DNA of 64,000 nucleotides from Nitrosopumilaceae archaeon (GCA_965214835.1 CBDCCK010000002.1:2144001-2208000); one strand, 5' to 3'. Numbered from the stretch's first letter, positions 10,970 through 21,316 are shown. Notes: generated from the letters alone by a model not told the origin. Made by a program: numbers and translations.

Positions 10970-11126
10970 ACATTTGCCTTCCCAGCTTCCCGTAATGCGG
11001 TCAATCTTGTAGTTCAAGCTGACTGCCTGCAGATCCGCATGTGCCTGTCTGCTCCATGAGTCGGCTACATTTGGGAGTACTGCATTTGGAGTAAATTTTT
11101 TAAGCCCTTTGCAGGCCCTCTCAGAT

Positions 11127-11792
11127 ATGAAGAAGACCGGACTGATCGCGGCCGCCGTGGTAGCCGCCGTGATCATCGGGATAGCCGCCTCATATGCGTC
11201 ATTTTCAGGCCCGGACGATGCCAACCTGGATGTGCAGAGGCGGCACGGTGATATCTCCACTGCCATGGGATCCCCAATACTGGGAAATCCAGATGCGCCT
11301 GTCACCATCGTTGAGTTTGGCGATTACCAGTGCCATGCATGCCACGCGTGGTTTCTAAACTCCGCCCCTGCAATCAAGCAAGACTACATCGATACCGGAA
11401 AGGCAAACCTGGTTTTTGTCGACCTTGCGTTTTTGGGACGCGACTCCCCGAGGGCCGCACAGGCAAGCTACTGCGCCGAGGATCAGGGAATGTACTGGGA
11501 GTATCACAATCTGATGTACCTCTCCCAGGAGGAGGAAATCGACAGCTGGGCAGGATCCGAGCGCCTAAGGGCCTTTGCGTTCAGTCTGGGACTGAACATG
11601 GGGCTCTTTGAGAGCTGTCTGGACTCTGGAAAATACTCTGAGCGCGTCCAGTTCAACGTCGGCGAGGGGCGCAAGGCAGGCGCAAGCAGCACCCCCACGT
11701 TCTTCATAGTGGGTCCTGACGGTCAGCAGCAAAAGATTGTCGGCGCGCAGCCCTACTCTGTATTCAAGCAGGTTCTTGATTCGATGGTCTAA
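11127..11792 (+). CDS. DsbA-family thioredoxin-fold oxidoreductase, membrane anchored
   Basis: N-terminal TM, GNPDAPVTIVEFGDYQCHAC, STPTFF, GAQP. Confidence 0.9.
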   Translation: MKKTGLIAAAVVAAVIIGIAASYASFSGPDDANLDVQRRHGDISTAMGSPILGNPDAPVTIVEFGDYQCHACHAWFLNSAPAIKQDYIDTGKANLVFVDLAFLGRDSPRAAQASYCAEDQGMYWEYHNLMYLSQEEEIDSWAGSERLRAFAFSLGLNMGLFESCLDSGKYSERVQFNVGEGRKAGASSTPTFFIVGPDGQQQKIVGAQPYSVFKQVLDSMV

Positions 11793-12266
11793 ATGGCATC
11801 CGTGCTCAGGCTGGTGTTTTCAAATCCCCTGTATGCTACAATTGCCGGCATGATCTTTGCCGGCCTGGCCATCCCGTTACTGATAATCTCCGAGTATGTG
11901 TTCCTAGAGCCGTATGTGGTGGCACACCTGCCTAGGGATGCCGAGCTTGGCTTTTCCCTGATTATAGTCCTGTCTGCGCTATCGGGACTTGTAATGTCGA
12001 TGAACGTCTATAGGATCCGCATGCTCCGGGGATCGTCTAAAAAGATGGGAGGCGGCGTGCTTGGAACAGTGGTTGGCGCAGCTGCCGGCGCATGCGGCTG
12101 CGGCCCCGTCGGATTCGCGATAATCTCCACCTTTGGCTCTGCCGGCGCAGTTGCGTCCTCGTTTGTAACAAACTACGAGATCCCAATCCGCCTGGCATCC
12201 ATTGCAATACTGTGCGCTGTTTACTGGACCACCACCAGATCCCTCAAGTCCGAGTGCAGGATCTGA
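11793..12266 (+). CDS. Membrane protein with GACGC motif, co-oriented with DsbA gene
   Basis: About 4 hydrophobic segments; abuts upstream stop. Confidence 0.7.
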   Translation: MASVLRLVFSNPLYATIAGMIFAGLAIPLLIISEYVFLEPYVVAHLPRDAELGFSLIIVLSALSGLVMSMNVYRIRMLRGSSKKMGGGVLGTVVGAAAGACGCGPVGFAIISTFGSAGAVASSFVTNYEIPIRLASIAILCAVYWTTTRSLKSECRI

Positions 12267-12418
12267 TCCCTAAAATCAGCTCGATATTGCCAAAAGGGCC
12301 AGCTTTTCCAGATCGAGCTTCCCATGTGCGTAGTATTCACGGCTACCAATTGATTACAAAAAGGACAATTTTTCTCAACCAAAGGATCCAAGATCCTGCC
12401 AAGCACATACAAGCACAT

Positions 12419-13835
12419 CAGTAGTTCCTCGATGTACTTTTGCAGGCACGATAATTACGCAATTTGCCGAGATTTTTTGACCATCATACTATAGATCAGG
12501 TGGTGTGCCAACCATCATCATGATACCAACACAAAACGACGTGTTTGCACACCAGTTTGACATAACATCGAGACAGTTTAAAACATTGCGACGGCGGTTT
12601 CCCAAGCTCGGGCTGGCCGTCTCAAAGAGTCGCAACGCAGTGTATGACCACATCGACGCACTGCGCGTTCTATATTTCATGTCTGAGAGGAAGATGTTTG
12701 CAGAATCTGCCGTGACGCACCTTCGCAGGCGGGCCTCAAAATGCAGCAGGCAGCAGCATGACGACGGGGCTGCCTCCAAGGGCGGCGCGTATAGTTGCCG
12801 TACGCCTAGTTCGGACTGGATCCTAAAGGCGATCCGGGGCGTCAGCCTGGATGATGCGCAAAAGTGGTGCAGCTCCATGCTGCAGCATACGGTAAGGTGC
12901 GCCCGCAGGTCAGGCATGCTGCACAACACGGACATCGTGGCAGTGGACGTTACCGACGTGGAATACTATGGCAAGGGCCTGGAGGATATCACCAGAAAGT
13001 CAAAGCCCAAGAACGGCACGTCGACGTTTCTCTCGCACATTACCATGCACGGAATAGGATCAGATGACGGGTCTGACCTCGTGCTTTCCTCGCTGCAGCT
13101 TCCAAAAGAGGCAAAACTGGCCGATTTCGTGCCTAAAATGATCCGCAAGGCGTCCAGATCAGGGATGAGGATCAAGACGTTCCTGTATGACCGCGGGTTC
13201 TTTAACGTGGACTGCATGAGGGCCGCAGAAACAAGCACGGGCAGCTACATCATGCCTGCCGTCAAGAACAGGAGGATAGTGGCGGCAATAGAGGAGCATG
13301 ACCGCGGAGAACGCGGTGCGGTATCAAAATATACAATGACCAACAAGGACGGCAAGAGCGCCACATTCAGGCTGATCATTGTGGAAAAGGACGAGGTAGA
13401 AAAGGACGGCACGGCAGCAGCAAAGAAGGACAAGGCAGAGGAGACCATAGCCGACAGGTACCAGGGTCTTTGCCACCAACATGTCTGCTAAAAGTGCAGA
13501 GGCAGTCATTGAGCAGATGCCGGAGGAGTACCGCAGTCGGTGGGGAATCGAGACGGGGTTCAGGGTGATCAAGGGGATAATGGGCAAGACGTGCAGCAAC
13601 TCCCCGGCAGTCAGGCTGCTGCTGTTCTATATGTCTGTCATACTGTACAACCTGTGGAGGACTGCCGTGTTCATAGACGTGGAATCCAAGTGGGACGGAT
13701 TTGCAGGAGGGAAGGGGTTTACCATGGCGCTGTTTGTAGAGTGCATCGTAGATGCGGCCGACTCGTTTGTAAACGATCGCGGAAAGTAGCGGAGGTGCCG
13801 TGCCCGGTCTGCAAAAGTACATCTAGGAAGTACTG
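12419..13835 (+). mobile_element. ISH3-like (IS4 superfamily) element
   Basis: 27-bp TIRs CAGTAGTTCCTCGATGTACTTTTGCAG / CTGCAAAAGTACATCTAGGAAGTACTG with 2 mismatches. Confidence 0.85.
12505..13789 (+). pseudogene. ISH3-like DDE transposase with +1 frameshift at GGG 13464-13466
   Basis: AVDVT..YYG, YDRGFF, YRSRWGIETGFR; removing one G restores YQVFATN. Confidence 0.85.
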
Positions 13836-14073
13836 ATCTGGTTGTACTGCTCTAACTATGGTAGCGATCAAAAGTTTGAGCACATGTGGGTATAAACTAC
13901 GCAGGAAGGCGATTTTGATCAGCCGATCCCAGTCATCATGATGAGCAACGATAGAAAGAACACGGGCTATTACCGACTCTACGAGCAAAAGCTCATCGGG
14001 ATCGTCAGTGAAATCGGTCAAAATGACGGGGCCGCCGCGGCATCCTGAGTCATCCGCGAAACAGATATTTGTC

Positions 14074-15123
14074 ATGCAGGACGGAGTGACAGCATTGTCA
14101 AACGCAGAGCCAGAGGTGGGATTGAAGTTGTGGGGGGGGGGTACGGCTCTGGCATGCAATAGCGGCAGGGTGTCGCTTCTAATCCGGGTCTACAACGGGG
14201 AAAAGTACCTGGTGCCGTGCATAGAGTCCGCGCTTGCACAGACGTACGGCAACATCGAGGTCATAGCCGTAAACGACGGCTCCACGGACGGGTCAGCCGA
14301 GATACTGGGGCGGTACTCTGACAGGATCAGGATAGTCGACACAGAGCACGCGGGACGCTCGGCTGCCTACAACGCGGGGATCGCCCACATGACCGGGGAG
14401 TGGCTTGCAGTCCTGGACTATGACGACGTAATGTATCCTGACGCCGTAGAGAGGCTCGTCGGGGCCGCCGAGGGGCTTGACTCGTCATCGGCTACCAGGG
14501 TAATACCGTTCTTTGATCTGCAGATGCTGGGATCCGACGGAAGGCCAAACGGCAGGACGCAGTCGTACCACATGGACAACTCCATGGACGCGCTGGAGCA
14601 GGGCGCCTCGATGTTCATCATGTACTTTGGACAGATGTATGTCTCCATACTTCACAGATCGATTCTTGAGGACGTCGGGGGATTTGACGAGAGCCTTGGC
14701 CGAGGCGAGGACATAGAGTTCGGCATGCGGCTGACCGTAAACCACGGGTACAGGTTCCACCACGTTCCGGGCATCATATACGGGTACAGGCAGCACGGCG
14801 GGCAGGGCAGGCTGGGCTCAAGGGAGAGGAACGCCATGAGGCGCAGGATCCTGGAGCTGACCGTAGACAGGCTGGACGGGCCGGACAGGAGGAGATACGC
14901 CGAGGCCAGCAGGAGGATCGGACGCAGGTTCGTCGTCACATCTGCGTGCCGTCGCGCCGATCACACTCTGAGCTCGTTTGCGTACGGCGCCCATGAGGGT
15001 ACGGCGGCACGGCTTGCGGCCAGAGCGCTCGGGGCCCTGCTTGAATGCGGGCCCGCGCGCCGTCTCGCGGGCCTGCTGACGTACCGCCTGAGAACCGCAA
15101 GGATTAGGCCGCGGGAGGGCTGA
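14074..15123 (+). CDS. Family-2 glycosyltransferase (start uncertain; G10 tract near 5' end)
   Basis: YNGEKYL..CIESALAQTY, VNDGSTDGS, LDYDD, GGFDESL..GED. Confidence 0.88.
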   Translation: MQDGVTALSNAEPEVGLKLWGGGTALACNSGRVSLLIRVYNGEKYLVPCIESALAQTYGNIEVIAVNDGSTDGSAEILGRYSDRIRIVDTEHAGRSAAYNAGIAHMTGEWLAVLDYDDVMYPDAVERLVGAAEGLDSSSATRVIPFFDLQMLGSDGRPNGRTQSYHMDNSMDALEQGASMFIMYFGQMYVSILHRSILEDVGGFDESLGRGEDIEFGMRLTVNHGYRFHHVPGIIYGYRQHGGQGRLGSRERNAMRRRILELTVDRLDGPDRRRYAEASRRIGRRFVVTSACRRADHTLSSFAYGAHEGTAARLAARALGALLECGPARRLAGLLTYRLRTARIRPREG

Positions 15124-15219
15124 GCCTGCCCACTACGGCCTGATGCTTCTGATCCAGTAATGTGACTTGCAGTCAAAGCTGAGCGGGAGGGCTGAGCCTG
15201 CCCACTACGGCCTGATGCT
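15111..15219. repeat. 37-bp perfect direct repeat flanking a 35-nt insert
   Basis: GCGGGAGGGCTGAGCCTGCCCACTACGGCCTGATGCT at 15111-15147 and 15183-15219. Confidence 0.95.
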
Positions 15220-15227
15220 GCGCCTGA

Positions 15228-15590
15228 GAGGCGGCTCACGATTGGCAGGCTATGACCCACGTGAGCACGAATCCATGCCTGCAGGATCAAAACACCCAAA
15301 GCCCGGCACAGATCATGCGTCTAATCTACAGACTGGCAAGAAACCTACCGGTGCTCCGGATGTTTGAGGGAATGGCCGGGCTCGGCCTGTTGTGCGCCGG
15401 GATGCAGGAAAAGCAGAGACCAAGAAGATGATGCCCCCGGGAAGAGTGATCCGTCAAAAGCCGCGTGGGTGCCCGGATCTTGCTGTCATCTTGTTGAGCA
15501 GCCTAGCAGGGTGGTTCTTGCAGGCATTCTGAACCGTTTGGCGCACATCCGCATGCGCGTGATCAAAGCCTGCCAATTGTGAATCGCCTC
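15228..15590. mobile_element. Non-autonomous element with about 35-bp imperfect TIRs
   Basis: GAGGCGGCTCACGATTGGCAGGCTATGA vs reverse complement of right end GAGGCGATTCACAATTGGCAGGCTTTGA; no clear TSD. Confidence 0.6.
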
Positions 15591-15623
15591 CCTGCCACAG
15601 GGCGAATCACAGGTGTAGCCGCA

Positions 15624-16511
15624 CTACCGGAAGTTCTTCCAGGGAAGCCTGCGCCCCAGGATCCTCTCCGTCTCAGACACGTCGTCCCGGAGAAAGTCCC
15701 GCAGCCGGTGCCTGTCTGACGGGCTCATCTGCGGTTTTGGCCTTCTTTGTCTCAGGATTCTTTCGGTAGCAAACGTCCTGATGGGGGATGGGATGCGCTT
15801 CTGGGCTGACAGCGGTATGAGATCTATGACTTTGAGCAATGCATGAAAGCGGTGGACATGAAAGCTGTTGTGGGCCTTGAGAACGAACGAGTCAAGGTCG
15901 GCAGTACACCCCCTTCCCACAAAGTCCAGCAGGCCGGCCACAGTATCCCTCGGGTTTTCGACCAGATCCTCGAGGAGTATCACCTTGACGTTCTGCCTCC
16001 CAAAGGCAGAAATCCACATGGACAGGGGCTCAGAATAGTAATACTTGTTTGACTTTCTGAGATCCAGCAGATCGCTGTCGTTGTTGATGTCGTTGCGGCA
16101 TATGTCGCCATAGTTGCCGTCGACGAAACGGCCAACTGTTTGTGCAAAAGTTGCGGCAGTCCTTTGCCATGTCAGGATCTCAAACAGGAACCGCGAAAAC
16201 AGCTGCTCGACGGGATCCCTCAGGGTGATCAGGATTTTTGCGTCCGACCGGACTGCACGGATCCGCCGGCACGCCGTACTGCTAAAGTAATATTGCGAGG
16301 GGTCGACAATCACCCTCTCGTCTCTGACGCCACTGTAACGCGAAAGGTACTGCCTCTTGGTGATATTGCGCAGAAAGTAGCTCGTATCCTTCACTGAAGG
16401 AACGTACATCCCACGGATCCCCCTCAGAATGTGATACATCGTAGTCGTTCCTGTTTTTCCGGGGCCGACATAGAAGAGGTTGGGCCACCTCACGGCATCA
16501 GCCTTGCGCAT
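15624..16511 (-). CDS. Sulfotransferase family protein
   Basis: PAPS loop PNLFYVGPGKTGTT, AKILITLRDPVEQLFS. Confidence 0.88.
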   Translation of the reverse strand: MRKADAVRWPNLFYVGPGKTGTTTMYHILRGIRGMYVPSVKDTSYFLRNITKRQYLSRYSGVRDERVIVDPSQYYFSSTACRRIRAVRSDAKILITLRDPVEQLFSRFLFEILTWQRTAATFAQTVGRFVDGNYGDICRNDINNDSDLLDLRKSNKYYYSEPLSMWISAFGRQNVKVILLEDLVENPRDTVAGLLDFVGRGCTADLDSFVLKAHNSFHVHRFHALLKVIDLIPLSAQKRIPSPIRTFATERILRQRRPKPQMSPSDRHRLRDFLRDDVSETERILGRRLPWKNFR

Positions 16512-16646
16512 CAGATAGTCTCTTGATCAGCCAATTGAAATACGTGTTGGTTGGGACAAAATCCCGGAGTGCAGACGGAGTAGCGAAAATCCGGTCTCGC
16601 CTCTTTGAAAGTCCAGATTCCATGTCCTCTCATTGAAGGAGCAGTC

Positions 16647-16877
16647 GTATGTGGTCACGTCCCCCTGAGAGTTGATTCGAAATTAGCAAACTCATTATTT
16701 GTGAACGAATTTGCATAAAGCAGCTCAAAACACCAACAAAATACAGATTATCTGTGAAATTACTTGAAAAATTCGTACGGTCTCTAATTTCGGATCACCT
16801 CTCTGTTGACTAGGCATGAAAATCATAGTCATAGATGTCAGTTCGTGCCTGATTGGCAGGGGTAGGTGACCTCGTAC
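16647..16877. mobile_element. MITE family D carrying a nested MITE E
   Basis: Ends GTATGTGGTCAC / GTGACCTCGTAC; internal sequence matches 21449-21540 once 16667-16803 is removed. Confidence 0.8.
16667..16803. mobile_element. MITE family E, AT-rich, 137 bp
   Basis: 20-bp TIRs GAGAGTTGATTCGAAATTAG / CTAATTTCGGATCACCTCTC with 2 mismatches. Confidence 0.75.
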
Positions 16878-17178
16878 AACATGTGGATGCCCCTTCGATT
16901 GGAAAAGGTGACCACGCTCCCACCCGCGTCCTCGCCTACGTAAACTGGTATGTTGTGTTTTGCAGCCATGTCCAAGGCGTCCTCAAACATGCTCCTAGCT
17001 TTTGCCTCATCCCATGAAGAATCAACACACCCGTAGGATTTCATAACTTTCATGTATGTTGACTACCTATTAAAAGTCGGCAGATTGCTACATGACCGTA
17101 CCTGAAGGGCAGGAAACCTAGCAAAAATTACCAGCATGATTAACGGACTCAAACCAAAATGATCCAAGACCGTGAGGG

Positions 17179-17268
17179 GTACGAGTTTACTCCCTCCTGA
17201 AAATATGGTGTGGCAGGCATGGTGATCAAGGTTCTGACCGGTAGTGTTGTTTAGGGGCAGACTCTTAC
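17179..17268. mobile_element. MITE family A (IS66 type-1 derived), diverged
   Basis: GTACGAGTTTACTCCC...GGGGCAGACTCTTAC. Confidence 0.75.
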
Positions 17269-17317
17269 CTGATCCTGCGTGTAAAGTATAATAACGATGC
17301 ACCACATACGTAACAGC

Positions 17318-17887
17318 ATGCGGCAGGCTGCACGGATACTTGTAAGCGGAATCGTTCAAGGCGTCGGCTTTCGCTATCTGGTCAGACACGAGGCAGACAA
17401 CCAGAGAATCGTCGGACATGTCGAGAACCTTGATGACGGCACGGTTCTGATAGAGTGTGAGGGCAAAAGGGAGGATATTGAGGGACTTGTCGCCTCGATA
17501 AGGGACAGTAAAAAGCCAGTGCAAATACGTGATATCGACGTACAATATTCAGAGGATGTCGGAAGGTTCAAGGTATTTAGGATAGTTCCGGGAAAGATGG
17601 AAAACGAGCTTGTAGAGGGCTTTGCCACCGGTGCTATGTACCTGAGGAGCATTGACACAAGGCAGGATCAGATGCTAGACAAGCAGGATCAGATGCTAGA
17701 CAAGCAGGATCAGACCATAACGGAGATCCGAGATCTTTCATCTGGCATCCGCGAGATGCTTGACTCTTGGTTTGAGAGGATAGAGAACGACATATCCAAG
17801 ATAAAATCAAAACTGCAGATATGCCCAGCCTCCGCCGGTGCTGGCAGAGTCATATCGCAAGAATTTGCTCACTCGCCCACAAAGTGA
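17318..17887 (+). CDS. Acylphosphatase with C-terminal coiled-coil extension
   Basis: SGIVQGVGFR, GHVENLDDGTV; 21-bp tandem repeat encoding QDQMLDK. Confidence 0.88.
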   Translation: MRQAARILVSGIVQGVGFRYLVRHEADNQRIVGHVENLDDGTVLIECEGKREDIEGLVASIRDSKKPVQIRDIDVQYSEDVGRFKVFRIVPGKMENELVEGFATGAMYLRSIDTRQDQMLDKQDQMLDKQDQTITEIRDLSSGIREMLDSWFERIENDISKIKSKLQICPASAGAGRVISQEFAHSPTK

Positions 17888-17947
17888 CCTTGTGACGCTT
17901 CGGATCTGCAGTGGCGAAAGTCTTTGATAATCAAAAAGCGCCTTCCT

Positions 17948-18058
17948 CAGCTAAGTGAAAAGTACCAAAAAATCGAGTAAAAACAAAAGCCGGGCAAGAA
18001 ACACGACGCCTCAACAATAAGACAAAAAGAGCGGTTCCGTTTACATTTCACTTAGCTG
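17948..18058. mobile_element. MITE family B, 111 bp
   Basis: TIRs CAGCTAAGTGAAA / TTTCACTTAGCTG; 5-bp TSD TTCCT. Confidence 0.88.
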
Positions 18059-18075
18059 TTCCTGCATAGCTCATA

Positions 18076-18160
18076 GTGCGCATAGTTGAAAATGGGGGTA
18101 TTTTCTTACCGAAATATGCACGATGTGTCAAAATTATGTTGCAATTTTTGATGTGTGTAT
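18076..18160. mobile_element. MITE family H, about 85 bp
   Basis: Reverse-complement match to 62619-62703. Confidence 0.75.
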
Positions 18161-18255
18161 TACACTCGGCGTGTCCCGGGGAGAATTACCACTCATGAAT
18201 ATCCCAGTTCTCCACAAGCAGTGTGCTTAAATAGAAACCCTGCAAGCAGCCATCA

Positions 18256-18684
18256 TTGGGAAAAAAGATACTGATAGTGATCATTGGCGTCGCCATAATT
18301 GGCGCCCTGTTTACCCTGCTTGGCCAGATCTCGACGGACGTAGAACAGAACCAGGCTTTTGCCGACGTTGCATACTGCGGCCATGGGGTGGATCTGGACG
18401 GCCTTGACCTTCGTGTCAGCATCTGCATGGAAAACCTCGGCAACGTCGAGGCGGTTCTGAACCGTGCCGACGTGCGGTTTTATGATGGTGACAGTGAGGT
18501 TGGAACCGTTGACCTGCCTTATGACATGCAGATTGCGCCGGGGGAGGTCGTATGGGCAGATGTAGATCTGACATCCTCGGGACTGGTGGACGTGATACGC
18601 GAGGTTGGAGCTGATAACATGATAGTTCATTATTGCGCCTATTATGATAGTGCTGCAGGTCCATTTGAGAGCTGCAGTGCCTGA
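18256..18684 (+). CDS. Membrane-anchored/secreted beta-rich protein (LEA-2-like)
   Basis: N-terminal TM; acidic beta-strand pattern. Confidence 0.6.
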   Translation: MGKKILIVIIGVAIIGALFTLLGQISTDVEQNQAFADVAYCGHGVDLDGLDLRVSICMENLGNVEAVLNRADVRFYDGDSEVGTVDLPYDMQIAPGEVVWADVDLTSSGLVDVIREVGADNMIVHYCAYYDSAAGPFESCSA

Positions 18685-18907
18685 TCCTGCAGCGGTTAGC
18701 TGCTATCCCCTCATTTTTGGATAACGGACAGATCTGGGTGACCTGATTCCTTTTGTTTAGAACCGCCTACGGCTGCCTGGTGGCAAAAGTGGGTGCACTG
18801 TCCACCTTGAGGGATCTGCTTCGAACTGCCAGTTTGCGGTACAATCTGCTGGAGTCCCATCCCGGGACAAACCGATAACTTTTGTACTGCCGCAAGAAAA
18901 AAACCAC

Positions 18908-20065
18908 ATGCCTCAAAACTCCAGCGAGATCAGGGCTGCAATCGAGGCAAAGTGGAGGGAATATCTCTCAAGGTACGGAAACCTCTTCTCCTCGGACAGT
19001 CTGAGCGGGGCCAGCCCACCGTCCGTCTTTGTCGGATCCTACAACTATCCAAATGTTCTGGTCGGACCCATGGTTCCACCTGTGCATGGCGACACAACCC
19101 TGTTGGATGCCCCCGAAAGATGGGTGGGAAAAACCCTTGAGGAGATTGTAAATTATAGGCTGAGTCTTGTCCGGGGAACCCAAAAAATTCCAGTCGAGAA
19201 CCCCTCGGGGAGGTACATTGAAAACCTGCAGGAGGTCGCCATGGCCTCCGGACCCACCGACTCTGAAATCCAGTTTACAAAGTCCACCGTGCCGATAGCC
19301 TCGATTGACGGAGAGAGCGCGCCGTTTGGGCCGGTCGGGGAGGTAAAGTCTGCAAGATATGCCGGCACCACCTCTGAGAAGCAAATCGAAAGGACGTACT
19401 ATGACCGAGACCTCAAGGCAAGGGATGCCGTCCTCAGCCTGTACAACTCCGGAATAGAGATCTCAAAAATACAGAGATGCCTCAGCCTTGGGATGGTGGG
19501 GCAGAAAAGGAGGCTGGTTCCAACCCGCTGGAGCATAACTGCCACCGATGACATGGTTTCAGACTCTTTGGTCGCGCAGGTTCTGGATCATCCTGTCATT
19601 GACCACTATCGCGTGTTCGGATTCGAGCACCTGGGGAACCTCTTTTCGGTGATACTGTTCCCCCACAGGTGGCTGTACGAGATGATCGAGGCGTGGTATT
19701 CCGGCGGCGTACTGGGGTTTGGCTCCGATCATGAGGATGCAAGGGGAATTGATCACCCGCCTGAAATAGCAGGCGCGTATTTTGCCGCAAAGCTTGGCGC
19801 CGCCGAGTATCTGGCAAGGAAGAAAATCCAGGCAGGCGTCTTGATCCTGCGCGAAATCAGACCCGAGTATGCAGTGCCGGTCGGCGTCTGGCAGGTCCGA
19901 GAGGGAGTCAGGGAGGCGATGAGGCAGGCCCCTGAGATTCTAGACGACTTTGAGGGGTCTTTGCAGTCCGCATGCAGCAAGATGAGCATAAGCGGGCACG
20001 AATGGCTTGCCCGGGGGAGCATATCCAGGCTCTTGAGGCAAAAGGCGCTTTCGGACTATTTTTAG
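18908..20065 (+). CDS. nreA: Archaeal DNA repair protein Nre
   Basis: SPPSVFVG..NYP, RRLVPTRWSITATD, PVGVWQVRE, C-terminal PIP box QKALSDYF. Confidence 0.92.
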   Translation: MPQNSSEIRAAIEAKWREYLSRYGNLFSSDSLSGASPPSVFVGSYNYPNVLVGPMVPPVHGDTTLLDAPERWVGKTLEEIVNYRLSLVRGTQKIPVENPSGRYIENLQEVAMASGPTDSEIQFTKSTVPIASIDGESAPFGPVGEVKSARYAGTTSEKQIERTYYDRDLKARDAVLSLYNSGIEISKIQRCLSLGMVGQKRRLVPTRWSITATDDMVSDSLVAQVLDHPVIDHYRVFGFEHLGNLFSVILFPHRWLYEMIEAWYSGGVLGFGSDHEDARGIDHPPEIAGAYFAAKLGAAEYLARKKIQAGVLILREIRPEYAVPVGVWQVREGVREAMRQAPEILDDFEGSLQSACSKMSISGHEWLARGSISRLLRQKALSDYF

Positions 20066-20152
20066 AACGCTTTTGTTTTTTTCAAAAATGCTGCGGGTCT
20101 TGCATCTTCCGGCACCCGTGTGCCTGTGTGGGGCCTTTGCCCTTCGCATCCC

Positions 20153-20243
20153 GTAAGAGTTTACCCCTCAGGCTGTACTACTGGCCGGAACCTTCATGGT
20201 CACGCCTGCCACGTCGTATCTTGGGGGAGGGGTAAACTCTTAC
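20153..20243. mobile_element. MITE family A, 91 bp
   Basis: Perfect 15-bp TIRs GTAAGAGTTTACCCC; 8-bp TSD CGCATCCC. Confidence 0.93.
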
Positions 20244-20365
20244 CGCATCCCAGCCATGCACTCGTTGCATGTAGATCCGCACCGCCATCAGTGTCTGGAT
20301 GATTGCTAGGTGGATGTGCCTCGTGCCTGTGCTTGGTTTAAAACTGGAGGGGGAAAACCATCATC

Positions 20366-21316
20366 ATGAAGGCAACAGTCTTTGATGGCAGGCAACTGCA
20401 GTATGATTCCAAATTCTCCGATCCCGAGCCTGGCGAATCGCTGGTCAAGGTAGCCCTGGCAGGAATCTGCGGAACCGACTTGGAGATCCTGCGGGGATAC
20501 ATGGGCTATCACGGAATACCGGGCCATGAGTTTGTCGGCGTGGTTGAAAAGTCAGAGAATCCGGGCCTAGTTGGCAGGCGGGTTGTGGGCGAAATCAATG
20601 CCGCATGTGGAAGATGCGACCGCTGCGCAAAAGGCCTGGGACGGCACTGCCCACATCGCACCGTCTTGGGAATTCTCAACAGGAACGGGGCCTTTGCGGA
20701 ATACCTGTCGCTTCCCGCAAAAAACCTGCATGCCGTACCTGATTCTGTCTCAGACGAGCAGGCAGTCTTCGTCGAGCCCCTCGCAGCTGCATTTGAGATC
20801 AAGGAGCAGGTCCGGATACGGCCTGATTGGAGGATCGGGATCGTAGGCGACGGCCGGCTTGCACAGCTAATTGCAATGGTGCTAAATCTGTCCTCCCCGG
20901 ACGTGACATGCTTTGGCCGCCACCAAAACAAGCTCCGGCGACTGGAAAAGCTCGGCATGCGGGTAAAAACAGGCATCGGCACGTCAGACGGGCATGGCTT
21001 TGACCTAGTCGTTGAGGCCACGGGCAGCCCCTCTGGATTCGGTGATGCCATGAGGATTGTAAGGCCCCGCGGCACCGTCGTACTGAAATCCACGACTGCG
21101 TCGCAAAAGAATCCGGATCTGACCCCTGCCGTCGTAAACGAGGTTACTGTAGTGGGCTCCCGCTGCGGCCCATTCCGGCCCGCGATCGAGGCGCTGTCCG
21201 GCGGGGCCATTCCCGTTGTCGACCTGGTTGATTCTGTCTATCCGCTAGAGGAATTCAGGCAGGCCTTTGAGCGTGCACAAAAGCCCGGGGTCATGAAGGT
21301 TCTTTTAAGACCATGA
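20366..21316 (+). CDS. Zinc-dependent alcohol dehydrogenase (MDR family)
   Basis: GICGTD, GHEFVG, CxxCxxC-x7-C. Confidence 0.92.
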   Translation: MKATVFDGRQLQYDSKFSDPEPGESLVKVALAGICGTDLEILRGYMGYHGIPGHEFVGVVEKSENPGLVGRRVVGEINAACGRCDRCAKGLGRHCPHRTVLGILNRNGAFAEYLSLPAKNLHAVPDSVSDEQAVFVEPLAAAFEIKEQVRIRPDWRIGIVGDGRLAQLIAMVLNLSSPDVTCFGRHQNKLRRLEKLGMRVKTGIGTSDGHGFDLVVEATGSPSGFGDAMRIVRPRGTVVLKSTTASQKNPDLTPAVVNEVTVVGSRCGPFRPAIEALSGGAIPVVDLVDSVYPLEEFRQAFERAQKPGVMKVLLRP

